From Monocercomonoides exilis PA203 (lineage: Eukaryota > Protista > Preaxostyla): a DNA stretch of 64,000 bases. Position numbers and translations under genes: made by a program. The stretch lies in assembly GCA_001643675.2 (NCBI GenBank), contig LSRY02000006.1, positions 930,001 to 994,000 on the forward strand. Direction: 5' to 3'. Below are positions 12,601-26,500 of the stretch, one piece after another; the stretch's first letter is position 1, and every line of letters starts with the position of its first letter. The notes beneath the pieces were generated by a model. It saw only the letters and a program-made list of their open reading frames with translations, had not been told where the DNA came from and made no database searches.

Positions 12601-15317
12601 AATACCATATTTCCTACCCTTTTGATCTAATTCATCTTTCTCTTTCTCTTTTTCCTTCTCCTTCTCCTTCTCATCTTTTTCTTTCAATTCCCTCTCTTTC
12701 CTTCTCCTCTCCCCCTTCTCCTTCTCCACGTTTATCCCCATCTCCTCCACCACTCCCCTGCCCATCTCCACCACAGCCTCTCTTCTCTCTATCATCCACA
12801 GCATCATCCCTTTTATCTGCTGCCTGTGAAGAGTGAGGGAATGCAATGTGTTCTGATAGAATGCGGATTCAGAGGGAGAAAGCAGACGAGGGCGAAAAGA
12901 GGAAGGAGGGAGATGGGAGAAGAGGGAGAAGAGGGAAAAAGGGGTGGAAGAAGAGGAAGAGGAAGAGGAAGAGGAAGAGGAAGAGGAAGATGATGATGAA
13001 ATGATTGGTTTTTGAGTCGATGGATTGGCAGATGCTGCCGAAGGAAAATCAAAAGTTGGATACAAAAATGATTGATTAGCTTCCCTCTCTCTTTCTTTCT
13101 CTTTCTCCTTCTCCTTTTCTTTCTCCTTTTCAGAAGCATATCCTTCCTTTTTAGCCATCTTTGTGTCTTCTCCTTCTCCTGCTTCTTTTCTATGAGAATT
13201 CTTATGCCTCTTCCTTTTTTCTGAGGGTGATAAAAACATTGAAGAAGACGAGGTTAAAGAAGAAGATGAAGAAGAAGAAGATCGAGAACGATGTCTGTGA
13301 TGATTTCTGTGATTTCTATGCTTATGATGATGGCGATTGTGACGATGATGGCGAGAAAGAGAAGAAGAGGAAGGAGAAGAAGAGGAGGAGGACGAAGAGG
13401 AATAAGAAGAAGAATCAGAATCAGAATCAGAATCAGAAGAATGTTTATCTTGCAGAGGCAGAATGGGAGGGGGTATCCACATCATCCCACTGCCAAGCAT
13501 CCAAAAGGGATGAGTGCTCCATTTGTGCATACGCTCACCGTTGCTGAGGGAATACACCTGATGGGAATTATGTTAATATTTCATTATTTATTCATTTATT
13601 TATTTGTTATTGTGATTGTAAGATGAATAAATAAATATCATAACATGGATATAACGTTAAAGTTGAATACAATTAAAGATAAGAGGGAAAAAGAGATTGA
13701 GAAAAAAAAAAAAAAAAGAAAAAAGGAAAGGAAAGAAAAATTTATCAAAATTTTCAAAATCAAAAAACCAAAATGAATTCGAAATATATAATTTCATAAG
13801 CGAAAATAGTTCAAAAAAAAAAAGAATTTGAAATTTCATTTCTTTTTAAAAAATCATTTCAAAATACAAAATTCATTTATAAACCCCCCTAACCATACTT
13901 TCCATCTGTAATAATAAAACTCTGAACAAGAAGAGTCAAACATAAAGTAAAATCTTCCATATTTGTCTGCATCTTCATTTTTAACTTCTTCTTTTAGCTC
14001 TGTCTTCTCTTTGTCCTTCATCTTCTGCATAACTCTTGTCATAATCAGCATTTCTCCTTTCATCCCATTCTCAGCCACAATTCGTGCTGTATCATTTATC
14101 AATTCCCGACTTGCCTTCATTTTTCTATTGAAAATTTCTTCTGCTTTATCTTCTGCACCGCCTTCACTTTTAATTTTACCCCACTTCTCTTCTCTTTTCT
14201 TCTTTCTCTTTTCCTTTTCCTCTTTTTTTATCTCTTTTTCTGTCGCTGGTAACCTCACCAATATAAACTTTGGTATGCTCAAGACACATTGCTCTTTATT
14301 AATTGGATGCAACATATCATTCACCCCACTTTCTCTTCTTTGCACCCCTTCTCTTTCATCCAATTCTTTTATTAGCATCCCATCTTTCCTCATTTTAACT
14401 CTGCGGCACACCTCAAACTCGTTTCCTAATGTCGGATCGATCCGATCATCGTATTCACGCTCCATTTCTCTTTCTGTTTCATTTTTGCCCCATTGACTTG
14501 ATAAATCTCTTCTCACATCTTGCGACAATTGCTGGCCAGTCGATGAAAACCTTAAAGATATCTGCGGATAACTTATCGGATACACAATCCTCGAATTCTC
14601 AGAGCCAAAATTCATAACCACACTTTTCGGTGGTCTTATCTTGTTTTCACTTAACTGGGTGCTCCAGTGCAAATGAAGCTCATTTCCCATAAAAACAGAA
14701 CCATCCATAACTTTCTTAATCTTTTCGGCGTGCGATCTATTCACATAGCTCACAAATCCTGTTAGCCTTTGCTGTCTTTTCGATCCTCTATCATACATGT
14801 CTGCCATTTCATCCTTTCGTGGCCACATAATTTTAACTGATGACAATGGCAAAACGAGATCCTTTGATCCAATATGCGCAGGATCAGAAAAAAATGAAGC
14901 CAATATTTCTTCGGTACACAGAGGGGACACACCGCTGACAAATAAATTTGTTGTGGTGTCTGCTTCAGGGGATCTTTCACGAGATGAACTTGATGATGAT
15001 GAAGATGTAGATATTTTAAAATTTTCTGAACTAGAAGAAGAAGAAGACGATGACGAAGATGAAGAAGATTTCCCAGACGTCAAGCTTGCAAAAAGTTCTC
15101 TTGATGCATTTATTGATTGCTCGCTTCGCTGGATATTTCGGCCTGTAGGTCTTGTTAATGGAAAACTGGTCTCTTCTTCTTTTTTTAAGGTTTTTGGACT
15201 TTTCGTTTGTTCGGCTTCAACTTCGTCGTCATCATCTTCATAAAATGATTTCAATAAATCAGACTTGTTTTTTTGTGATCGTGAAGTATTTGAAAAATTA
15301 TCAAATTTATGTGGCAT
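9613..15317 (-). CDS. U2SURP: U2 snRNP-associated SURP-motif protein (SR140/RRC1-like): RRM, SURP, CID, SAP, RS domain; 2 exons
   Basis: Exons 15317-13899 and 13557-9613, intron GTATGG..CATCAG. RRM TTNLFVSGV..SVKIMWPR..LTGFVSY; spliced SURP FYYYRWK|VYSLSNGE..W..HPFWM..WIPPP; CID IALLYLISDVLYNC and RVLRMWSEWHLYP..YLKGLEWTF; SAP LSVSELRSKCRLYGMSIFGSRRHLISRL; C-terminal RS repeats. Confidence 0.9.
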
Positions 15318-15558
15318 AGCTGATCGCTGCGTAATCTTCTATTGCGATATAATCTTCCTGTAAGAGCTTTAAAACGTGAGATAAAAGTCTTTGTGAGATC
15401 TCAAATCCAGAGTTCATTGACAGACGTCCTTTTACTGCTCTGAAAGAAACTTTTGCTTCGAATAAAATTCAACTGCAGATAACCAGGCTTTCGCCTTGTT
15501 TTTGCTGCCTTTAAAAACAAATAAATAATGATCAATCTCCATTATAATACATTTTGTC

Positions 15559-16494
15559 ATGAGCTCCAACTTAAAATTGTATTTTGTAACTGGGTTTGAC
15601 TTTAGAAATATTGATTTTATTATATTTAGTAAAATTTATTCCATGACATTTTGATACAAACAAAGAAATGAAAATAAATTGCGAGAAGTGAGAGAAATGA
15701 CAAAAGATTTACCAATATCGATTGAGCCCTTTGATGCTGATCGTTTGACTTTTGCAATGCCAATAATTAATGCTATTGTTTTATTTCGCAGTACCTGAAC
15801 TTCAGGGTGATCCTGAAGATGTTTGCAGGGAAAAATGCAAAATAGCTTATTCTAAAGTTAAAGCCCCGTGCATTGTTGAAGATACATGTCTTTGTTTCAA
15901 TGCTTTAGGAGGGCTGCCAGGAGTATATATGTATGCAAATTTTAATTTTATAGATTTTTTAAAAATAACTTTTTCAAACAGCAAATGGTTCCTTATTAAA
16001 TGTGGACATGAAGGTCTTAATAAAATGTTAGATGGCTTTGATGATCGTTCTGCTTATGCCATGTGCACATTTGGATTAGCCCTTAATGATGGAGAGCCTA
16101 TTCTTTTCCCAGGAAAAACAAATGTTTGCATTATCCTTTTTTTAACTTTTTTAACATAAATCTTGCATTTGTGGAAAATACTTAAAAAATACAAGGGTCA
16201 TATTGTACGCCCTCGTGGGACACATAACTTTGGATGGGATCCTGTGTTTGAAGAAGATGCTTCGAAAAAAACGTTTGATTTTATAATATTGCTATTTCAA
16301 AAAATTCTTCAATATACTTGCTTTCGTATTTATCAAACAGCTTTGCGGAAATGACAGCTGAAGAGAAAAATTCATGTTCACATCGTTCAAAGGCGCTTCA
16401 TTCCTTTTTGAATTACTTAAAGGAACATCAAAATGACATTTCTCATGCAATTGAAAATTCAGAATCTGCAAAAGAGGAGAAAAAGAAAGAATAA
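15559..16494 (+). CDS. ITPA: Inosine triphosphate pyrophosphatase (Ham1 family), multi-exon
   Basis: Spliced product [12 protein letters not shown]|NENKLREV...PELQG...[18 protein letters not shown]|KWF...[18 protein letters not shown]...|[19 protein letters not shown]...EEKKKE*, with about 5 short introns. Confidence 0.93.
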
Positions 16495-17365
16495 ACTGTA
16501 AAAACATCGTATTTATTTGAAAAGATGGAAATGTTTTGGACCACCTTTGCTAATCACTTCTATTTCGCTTCTTCACGTCATTTTATGTTTGTTATCTCAC
16601 TGTTTTTAATTCATGAAATTTGTATGGCTTGCCAAGGATCCAAATTTTGTTTGGATTGAAAAATAACAGTTGTAATTAACATGATTTTATTTTTCCGAAC
16701 CAAAACCGAAAATTGAAGTCATACAACTGAGAAAGTATTTCAAACAATAATTGGCTTTGACTTATAAATTTTTTTTTTCCTTTGACAAATGAAATTCATC
16801 TGACGGTATTATTTTTCCTTTTGAGAAAAATGTTTGATTTTATTGCTTTCCAAATGGTCAAAAATGAAAAATTTCGTAAACTTCACACTATTTTTCCTGT
16901 TATTTGTAATTAAGTGTGAAAGATAAATCGATAATTTGAGAATAGACTTAATAAAATGCATTTTTTTTAATTTTTTGCTGTGAACAAATTTACGACAAAT
17001 ACATTGACCGAATGAAAAACGATAAGAATTTTGAAAAGTTACTATGAACAGAGAAATGAAAGAACAGAGAAAAATTCACTAATCAAATAAAAAAGGTAAT
17101 GATATCAAAAATATTTCAAAAATCCACTTATAAGAAAGAAGGATGAAAATGCTGATATTGAGGTGCACTCATAAGTATTTATGAAACAAAATAATTATTT
17201 TCTCTTTATTCTAATTTTAATTTAACTTCTTTCACATAATGTTTTAAAAAATGAGCTATAACAAAAACAATATAATCATAAAATTAACGAAATGACCTTC
17301 ATCATCAAAGAAGTGTGAGAAAACTTCATAAAATAAATAACAGGAACCAAAATGTTTGCAAATGC

Positions 17366-19086
17366 TTACTTTATCATGTCCATAATAAACTGAACAATAG
17401 AATAGATCAATGCAAATGCGCCATAGAGCATAGCAATCAACACAAATATATTGTGAGACCACCAGCCAGAATATGGAGTTTTCCACTCACTTCCACATTT
17501 TCTTTTCCCATAAAACTGGAAGAATGCAGGAATGAAGATGATAAGAAAGACAGCAGAAAGTCCACAAAACTTAATGATGATTCCCAAAGAAGGTAAGAAT
17601 GCTGCTAAGATAAATGGAAGCAGAGTGACACAGAAACGGAACAGAACAGGGCCTAATGATCCCAAAGCTAACTTAGCTTTTGCAGGAAGTGATGAATAAA
17701 AGTTGAACGATATCGATCCACAGACAAGAGGAAATGAAGAGATCATATTCAGCATTGGAAACAGCATCACTACGAATTTGATTATCAATGAAAACCAGTT
17801 TGTTTCAACAACTCTTGTATCGCTCATTCTCTGAAATCCTTTTTTCCCGTAACGAGCAAAATTCAAAATCACAAACTGCAACGTATCTTCACCAAGAGTC
17901 AGCGAAAGGATAATTGACAACCCAATGTATATCACCATCGCAGTAAGCAATGCGGTCATTGCAACTTTCAAAGCGTTTTTCTTTCCTCTTTTCATTGGAG
18001 TAAGGATATTTGGGAGATTATATCCGCAATTCAAAGCAAACGATGTCGCTGAAAATAGACCAGGGAATCCTGCAGGATCAACGCGAAATATGTTTGAAGA
18101 AATTGATGGATCAGATGGTTTTAACCAAAATGCTCCATTGTTAACAAGAGATATAACGCATGCAACCAAAATTGCTGAGAAAGCCACAAATCGATAAATA
18201 GTGAAAAATCCCTGGAAAATAGCCAGCTTGTCCATTGCCATTGTCTCAAGCAACATCACGCATATAGCAAAAAATACCACACACATCAAGTATGTAAACT
18301 GACATTTCAATGAAGGTGAAGATTCAATAATACAATCCTCAGGATCTCCAATTGCATACAACATGAGCAAATTTGCTGATGTTGAAGCAAACATTGAAAC
18401 ATATGCCCATAAAGAACCCAAAGCATACATGCCAAAAATAACGAATGCAAAAATCCTCCCTTTGTTCCCTGCAAATATGTAAGCGATTTCCGAAAGTTCA
18501 ATTTGGCGGAATGTGAAGATATTCATTTGCGAATTGTGTTGAATGTTGTTTTTCCTTGCATGGTCATAACCTCGTGCTCTGCTAACCCCTTCAAGAACCC
18601 AAGCAGCTCCAAGCATTGAAAAAAGTCCACAAAACACAGTCATAACTATTGAAAGAGCCATCCCAGATTGGTAATATGTTTGTGGAACAGCTGTAATAAA
18701 CACATTGAAAGAAGGAATTACAAATAGAATAAAAAACAACAGCAATAAAACAAACAAAAGAATCCTGTTCCAATGATTGCATTGATCACAACCCCAAATG
18801 ATGATATTGCAGAAAGTTCTATTGAATTAATAAAAAAATTGAAACAATACTTAATAAGAAAAAAGAAACCTCTAATTCCTTTTGGATCTTCATCATCGCT
18901 AATTGGTGCTTTTCCTAAAAGAGAGCCTGGAGTAACACTATCTTCAGAAGAAGCAGCAGCAGGAGCTTGTTCTGGATCGTGCAAGGAAATTGCTGATTCT
19001 GAATCATTCATTTCATATTCCTCAACATATGTGTCTTCTGGACTTGAAAGATCTGTTGTCGATAGTTCAAATGATCTTCTATTCAT
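17366..19086 (-). CDS. Amino acid transporter, AAAP/Aa_trans family, TMEM104-like
   Basis: Acidic N-tail, TM1 FGVVINAIIGTGFF, two short 5' introns, QIELSEIAYIF loop motif, about 11 hydrophobic helices. A perfect GTAAGC donor overlaps the stop, so one more 3' exon near 17.2 kb is possible. Confidence 0.85.
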
Positions 19087-19309
19087 CTGATGCGACAAAT
19101 TGTTTATTAATGGTTTTGAAAATGAATAAAATCACAGGGAAAATATATTTGAATAAAGCACATAGAAAATCGTTAAATATATTCTGAAATAAAAATATTA
19201 TTTTCGTTTCATGCAACCAGACCTTTTGCAGACAAAAAAATCAGCAAATTATTGAAAGATCTTCAATTAATTTATTAGTGGGCATAAGATCCAACAAGAT
19301 CAAAAAAGA

Positions 19310-22300
19310 ATGGATTGTACTCATGATATCATTTATTATGGAATGTGCGCAACATGTGGAAAAATAATACAAGAAGATGAAGATTCAAATAACCAGGAGT
19401 TATTTCGAGTTACTTCTGCAACAGATAACGTTCTTGTTTCAGCTAAAGTTTGATATTTCCAATTATAAACAAATTACCATTAACTACTATTATTTCTATT
19501 AACCCACCAAAGCTTGCTCAAAAAGAAAATCAAGAAATGATTAATTCTATGCTCAAAAAGAAAAAACTAAGTTTAATTTTAGATCTTGATCATACTCTTG
19601 TCCATGCAACTGTGGATAGATTTTGTGCAACGCAAGTTTTGAACTACTTCAATGGGAAAATAGACGAATTTTTCGTTTTTCAATTGAAACTTTTCCCAAC
19701 TCCATATTATGTGAAGTTAAGGTTTAACAATTTTTCTTTTTTGAAAAGCTTTTAAATCAAATTTAGACCAGGGCTAAGGCAATTCCTTTCAAATTTAAAC
19801 GAAAATTTTGATTTGTATGTATTCACTGCTGGTATGATGGAATATGCAAAAAAAGTTTGTATCTCTTTTTTTATACAAAATTATTTTTAAATAATTTTTA
19901 AGATTGTTTCATTAATTGATCCAGATGGATCTATGTTTCATGGAAGGATTTATTCATTTGAAGATAGCGTAGGTTGTTTTTGCTTTATTTTCATTAAATT
20001 ATGAAATTATGAAATATTTCAATATTGAATTTATTTTAATAGATGCAAAAGAGAAAGCCCTTCGTATGTATAATAAAAAGAATCAAAGTGGATCCAAATC
20101 AACAGCAAAAACACGTCATTCCACCTCTTCATCGTCCGAACAAACCGCTTCCCAACAGTCATCTGAAGCATTACCACCAATCTCAAACCTCATAGGATCT
20201 GTTTACACAACAAAGACTCTTTCTGCCATTTTCCCTGTTAGCGACAGCCTTGCTATGGTTGTTGATGACAAAGAGATTGCATGGGAAACTGGAACCCCAC
20301 TTGTTGTGATCGAACCTTTTATCTATTTTGATACTTCATTCGAAGTGCAGAAGCAACAGCCATTCAATCCGTACATATACAAACTGCCAAAGGAGATGGC
20401 ATTTATTTCTAAACTGAATTTAAACGAAGAAGAAGAAGAAAATTGCAAAGAAGAAGGGGAGAAGAGTGAGAAGTTGAATGAATGCAAAGAGAAAGAAGAT
20501 GGAAAAGAAGAAAGAAAGAACGATGAGAAAGAGAAAGAGAAAGAGAAAGAAATAGAAATAGAGAAAGAGAAAGAATTACAAAGCAAAGCATTCAAGCAAT
20601 TTGCATCTGCAACTGCTGCATTTGAAGTGAGGCAGGTCATCGAACTGCACATCTTGTCAGACATTCAGCGTATTTTGAAGACAGCCCATCATCTTTTCTA
20701 CAAACAGGCAGACACTGAACAATTGCTGAACCAGTTCAACTCAGAAAAAGAAAGTGGACTCACAACAAACAATCAATCTTCCTCTTTTAATATCCAAACG
20801 AACAATGAAAAAGCAGCTTCTTCTTCTTCTTCTTCTTCTATTTCAAATGCACCATCCTTTGCATGCCAACCGACTCTCCCCTCTCTTCGCAACATCCTCT
20901 CCACGCTGCATTCATCTGTCTTGAAAGGCGCCGTGATCTGCTTCAGCGGAGTGATCGACAAGTGCTCGAAGCCATCGTCGTTTCCTTTGTGGGGTGCAGC
21001 TGTTGAGTGTGGCGCTGTGTGCACAAATGAGCTGACAGCAGAGGTGACTCACCTGGTTACAGTGCAGGGAGGAACAGACAAGTTCAAACAAGCACAGGCA
21101 AATGGAACGAGAAGAGTGGTGAGGCCACAAAAGACAAGAGTGCCATTGAGAATGGAGCTGATTAAGAAATGGAGAGGGGAAAGGAAAATGAGGAAGAGAT
21201 TTGCGAAGTTGAATAAAGAAAAATGGTTGAAGGAAGCAAAGGAGAAAGAAAAAGCAGAGAAAGAAAAATTAGATAAAGAGAAAGTGGAAAAAGAAAAAGA
21301 AAAAGAAATAGGAGGAGAAGAAGAACAGGAGAAAGAAAAAGAAAAAGAAACAGAGAAAGACAATTCTCAATCATCTTCATCTGAAGCGGATGAAACACTT
21401 CAAAAAGGAACTGAAAAAAAAGAAGATCAACCAGAAAATGAAGTTGAAAATGCAAAAGACGGAAAGATGGAAGAAGACAAGAAAGAAGACAAGAAAGAAG
21501 ACAAGAAAGAAGACAAGAAAGAAGACAAGAAAGAAGAAGAAGAAGAAGAAGAAGCGGTAGAAGTAGATGATGACGATATCGATGATGAAAGCGATTTGAG
21601 TGAAGACTTATTTGTATCCGACGAAAGTTTTGACAGCGATCTGATATTAACACCAGACGATGCCAAAGTGGAAGCTGAGTCGTGTGTCTTGTGTGTGCAT
21701 CTGTTGTGGCTGCTGCGCTGTGTCCAGACGTGGACTTGGGTGGACGAGCGGCCGTTTTTAATTCCTCGCTCAGAATTCTCAGTTGTTAATGTGTCTTCGC
21801 CTGTCTCCTCTATTTCCTCTGAAGGTGTGTCGCCTGCTCCTCAACAATCTCTGCTCAATTCTGAATCGAACACACAATCGATGAATGGATCTGGAGCTTT
21901 AACAGATAAAAAAGCAGATCAAATTTTTAGTAATTCCTTTGGGATATCTGAGAATTCATCATCATCTCCATCATTATCATCATCAAGTTTATCAACAGCT
22001 GTTTTGCAATCAGCCAACTCTGTTTATCCACCCGGCACAAGCAATTCTGTTCTGAATGATATTAATGCTGATGCTGATGAGATGTTTATGAAGGAAATCG
22101 ATTCTTTGCTTGCTGATCTTGAAACAGAGGGGCCAAAAAGCAAAAAACAAAAAAAGAGAAAGCGAATTCTAAATAACAAGAAAGCAGATGAAGAGAGTTA
22201 TGGAGAAGAAGAAGAGGAAGAAGATAATGATGATGAATGTGAAGAAGAAGAGAAGAAGAAGATGAAGAAAATGAAATTGCAAAAGGAACAGAAAGAAAGA

Positions 22301-22963
22301 GAGAAAGCAAACAGGAGAAAACCAACACTTTTCGAAAAGCTGATGAAAGGAAGCTCCAATGTTAGAAAAAAAAGAGACGAAGAAGACGAAGAGAGCGATG
22401 AAGAAGAAGATAACTTCTATGGGGGCTATGAAAAAGAGGACGAAAGAAACTCCTTTTCAGAGGACGATGAATGGAAGCAATTTGACGACGATGAAGAAGA
22501 AAATGCGAATGACGAAGAATACGAAAACGAAGATGTCGATGATGAGATTGAATGCACCAAAAGCAATAAAGAAGGAGAAAATGCTAAATTGAGAGAAAAG
22601 ATGGCTCGCCTTCAAAACTTTGACCATTTATCTTTCAAGTCATCAAGCAAACATAGATCAAGGCTGTGGAATGCGAAGCACTCGCAACCACGAGTAAGCG
22701 ATCAAAAGAAAAAAGAAGAGCAGAAGGTAACAGGAAAACCAAACATTTCATCGAATGAGCATGCTGCACAAGCAATACTTCCTGGAACTGCAACAGAGTC
22801 GAATTCTTCAGCTGATTCAAAGACGAACAGTTTGTCTGAAAGTTCTGCTGTCTCTAATTCAATAGATGATAATAAACAGCAGGCACAAGCAAAACTTCCT
22901 TTACGCAGCGTTAAACGAGCAATGCCTCACCGCCCTTCAATTCGAGATGCGTCTGCAACTTGA
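19310..22963 (+). CDS. FCP1: RNA polymerase II CTD phosphatase FCP1, multi-exon
   Basis: MDCTHDIIYYGMCATCGK start; catalytic LILDLDHTLVHA (DxDxT); YYVKL|RPGL; MVVDDKEIAW; IEPFIYF; BRCT VLKGAVICFSGVI..THLV..GTDK..VHLLWL..W..VDERPF. Confidence 0.92.
21473..21532 (+). repeat. 12-bp coding minisatellite (GAAGACAAGAAA)x5 encoding EDKK repeats in FCP1
   Basis: Five perfect tandem units. Confidence 0.85.
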
Positions 22964-23505
22964 ATAGTTTATAAGAAGTATCATTGCTGTTTTTTTCGGA
23001 AGATATTGGTGCATCTTAATACAAAAGTACGAACGTTACAAACAGAAGAGAATGCGAAGAATTCATAATTCACACATATTGTGAATTGTCTCATGTATTT
23101 ATAAAGAAATTCTTTTTTCTGTTTTTTTGGATTAAAAGAAATGAAATATGCAAAAGAGACAAAAGAAGCATTACAATTAAACAGTTTATGGATTTATGTA
23201 TTTATCTCCGATTGTTTCATGTCTCTTGGTTGTTTCATATTCTAATGGCTTTTAGTTGACTTGCTTTTATTTCTACATTGTCAAATTGAACAACTCAAAA
23301 CTCATAAAACAATGAAAAAAAGCGAACAATAACACCAAAATTAATGATTATGACTTTTAGTTTGCTTGATTTTTCATTTGAAATAAACAAAAAATGTGAA
23401 AGAAGACTGTAAATTCGGTTTTGTGTTGTTAAAACCTTTCGCATGAAAAACGTGCGTCATTTCCGGATATCCTTGTACTCTTTCATTTCATTTCGCAAAG
23501 TTGGA

Positions 23506-26500
23506 TCAGTTTCTCCAAGATTTCCCTTCTGAAGCAACCATTGCTTTGAATGAAGATCTGGCTGTGCTGTTTAGCGAATGACGAGGTGTTGACATTTTTG
23601 AAGAGTTTGAAAAAGAAGAAGACGAAGAAAGCGAAGAAAGAGTTGAGGAGCTTCTTGTGGAAGAGTTTGAATCATAAGAAGAATAAGATGAAGACAAATC
23701 AGACGAAGACTGAGAAAGCGATGGCTGTTCTTGAAAAGCCGACGAACTTGAAAGATTCGAAGAGGAAGAGGAATATGAACTGAATGAAGGGTCTAATGAA
23801 GATGATGTTGCGGAGTCGTCTGTTCCAATTGAATGCGAAAGCGAAGGAAGTTTTGAAGATGCGGCCGAGCTGCGGATGTTTGAAGGGTCCTGAGAAGAGA
23901 ATGAGCTTGATGCTGAATATGAAGAAGACGACTGAGAAGATGAGACAGATGGTGCAAATGCTGACAATGAAGAAGAATAGGACGAATAGAAAGATGATGA
24001 TGCATCTGCAGAATGAGATGGAACACTTGACAAAGAAGAAGAAGCTACAGATGAAGTGTAATCAATAGAAGAACTTTGATCAGAATGAGAAGAATCTCGA
24101 GATGCTGCAACCGAAGATGAAGTGGATGGAAGTGATGAAGTGACAAACTTCGAAGCGGAATTAGTATTTTGCACTTTGCTTGAGGGATTCAACAGGTTAA
24201 TACGATTTTCTTGAGGAGAAAAATATTCAGAATAAGAAGACGAATAAGAAGAAGACGAAGAAGACAATTCCTCAGGCTGCTGAGAAGAGAAGATGGAAGA
24301 TGAAAATGAAGTTGATGAAAACGGTCCATTGGAATTTGCATAAAACTGAGAAGATCCAAGTGGCTGAGAAAGAAACTGCTGATTATTCGATGAACTTTTT
24401 TCTGCTCGATCAACAGTTTTTTCGTTAAAAGTTCCGCCTTTCTGCGAGTTCTGCTGTTGCTCAGTGGAAGTGCTTAATTGCTTCTGTCGATGTTGAGGGT
24501 GGCGATGCTTATCTCTGCTGTGTGTTGCCTTGTGTGAAATCATTGGAGATTCGTCAGAGGTTGGAGGAGATAAACTATCTGCATCTTTCACTGCTTCAGT
24601 GCCTTCATTTGGAGGAAGTTGGCTGTTATTTGAAGAAGATCCTGATGTTTGTTCAGGTGAATTTTCTATTTGATTTGGAGTTAGCAGAGACAAGAGCTGT
24701 TGATGAAGTAATCTTGTCTCTTCCTCAAGGTCAGAAGTTTTCTGGGAATTTTGAAGAGGCTTCTGTTGAATTGACTGTAAATCTAGAAGATCTTCGCCTT
24801 CAGATGAATTCTGATGCGCTTGAAGAGTAAATGAAGGTGGTGATTGCACAACAACAGCTTTTTCACTCAAATTTCGGCTCAAATTCATTTCCCCTCTCAG
24901 ATTTTGTTGAAGATCATCTATTTGTGGAATATCATTATTAGTTGTCTTTTCCTCTGCTGAAACAGAATCTTTTGCATATTTTTGTGCAACGCCAAAGCGA
25001 ATTTCTTTGACTGCACTTTTCTTTGGAGATCTTTTTTGAGGCAAGTTCAAAGGACTTTGTTGAACTTTTGGCATCTCTGCGGTCGTTTTCTCATCGATGA
25101 AAAGAGGCTGTGAAATGGAGTGAACAGAAACAGGCTCTGGTATTTCCACAGATATGTTGGATTCGCAGTCGACCGAAGAAAATGTTGTGCGTGTTGAAGA
25201 AAGAGGAGACAAGGAATGAATAGAAGTTGATCTCGAAGTCGTTGAAATGGATGGAGTTGCTTCAACATTGAACGGAGTCCGATGAAACGGTAAAGCAGAT
25301 GAATTACCAGATTGGTTTGAATCTTTCCTTTCAATTCCATTTGGTTTCTTTGAAGAAAGATTTTGTTTTTTTGGAGTATTCAGTTGCATTTGTTGGCCAA
25401 CGTTATCATTTGCTTCAGTTTTCTTTTTGTTCCATTTTGGAGATTGCGAAGTGAAGTCTTGTGATGGAACATCAAAAGAGTTTTGTTGTGCTACTTGCTG
25501 GTGATGTGGAGATGGCGTGCATGTTCGATGCCGAGGTGGTGAAATGAACAGAAGAGGAGTGAGATGATTGTTTGATAATGAAGCTGGCTGAGAGTCTTGA
25601 ATGTTTTCTTTCTTCGAAGTTGAAATAGAAGAAGAAGATGGAGTCACAGAAAGAGCAGAATCAGTTGGATGCTCATTTAACTTAGGCTGCTGAAATGTTG
25701 GCTCTGGTGCTTGAGGAGGAGATTCAACAGGAGGAAGAGGTTCAGGTTCAATCAAGGACAAGAATTGTGAAGTGTTCTCCCCCAGACGAGATGAATGAGA
25801 TGGAGTCAGATGAAGAGGTGGAGACATTCGAGAAAGGTCATCTTTCCCTTCTTCGTTTTTCTGCACATCTTTTTCTTCATTTTCATCGTTCTCATCTCCA
25901 AAATTTCTTTCCTCAGTTTCTGCAAGCTCGTCGAGCATCTTCTCAAATTCGGCTTCTGCTTCTTTCTCTCTCTGTAACTGCCTTCCTCCATGAAACAGAT
26001 CATTCATGCTTTCCAGATATTTGATGTCTGCCTTCAACATTTCGTCTGTCAACATTTCTTTCTCGCTTTCTTCGTCTTCATCATTTTCCTCAGAACTTTC
26101 TGGCTTCCACTCTTCCTGTCCTTTCATTTTCGTTATTTGTTGATGTCGAATTTTCATGCCTCCTTGTTCTTTATGCTTGCGCTTGCCCACTTCTCTTCCT
26201 CTTTCTTCTCCAATCCAGATTGCTCGTTTCTTTTCTTCCACCGCTTTTTTCTGTTCCACTTGATTCAATATGATCTCTGCCTCTTTCATCCGCTCCATAT
26301 CTCTCAGCCTTCGCTCAGCCTCCAGTCCTCGTGCCCATCTCAATGCTTCTGCCTCTTCCTCCGAAGCCAGCTCATTCAAATGCTTTTCTGCAAGCTCAGC
26401 AGAGTACTCAGCTGCGCTCTCGTGCTGCTGTGGAACATATTTGATGTCTCGCCTTCGCTGCTGTTCCTGTTCTGTCCAATGCCTGCCTGCCATCCCAATC

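Noticed and set aside
9630-13626. Many antisense Glu/Lys/Arg-rich or Phe/Leu-rich ORFs, also over the other large genes
   Set aside because: They are shadows of low-complexity codon repeats in the real genes.
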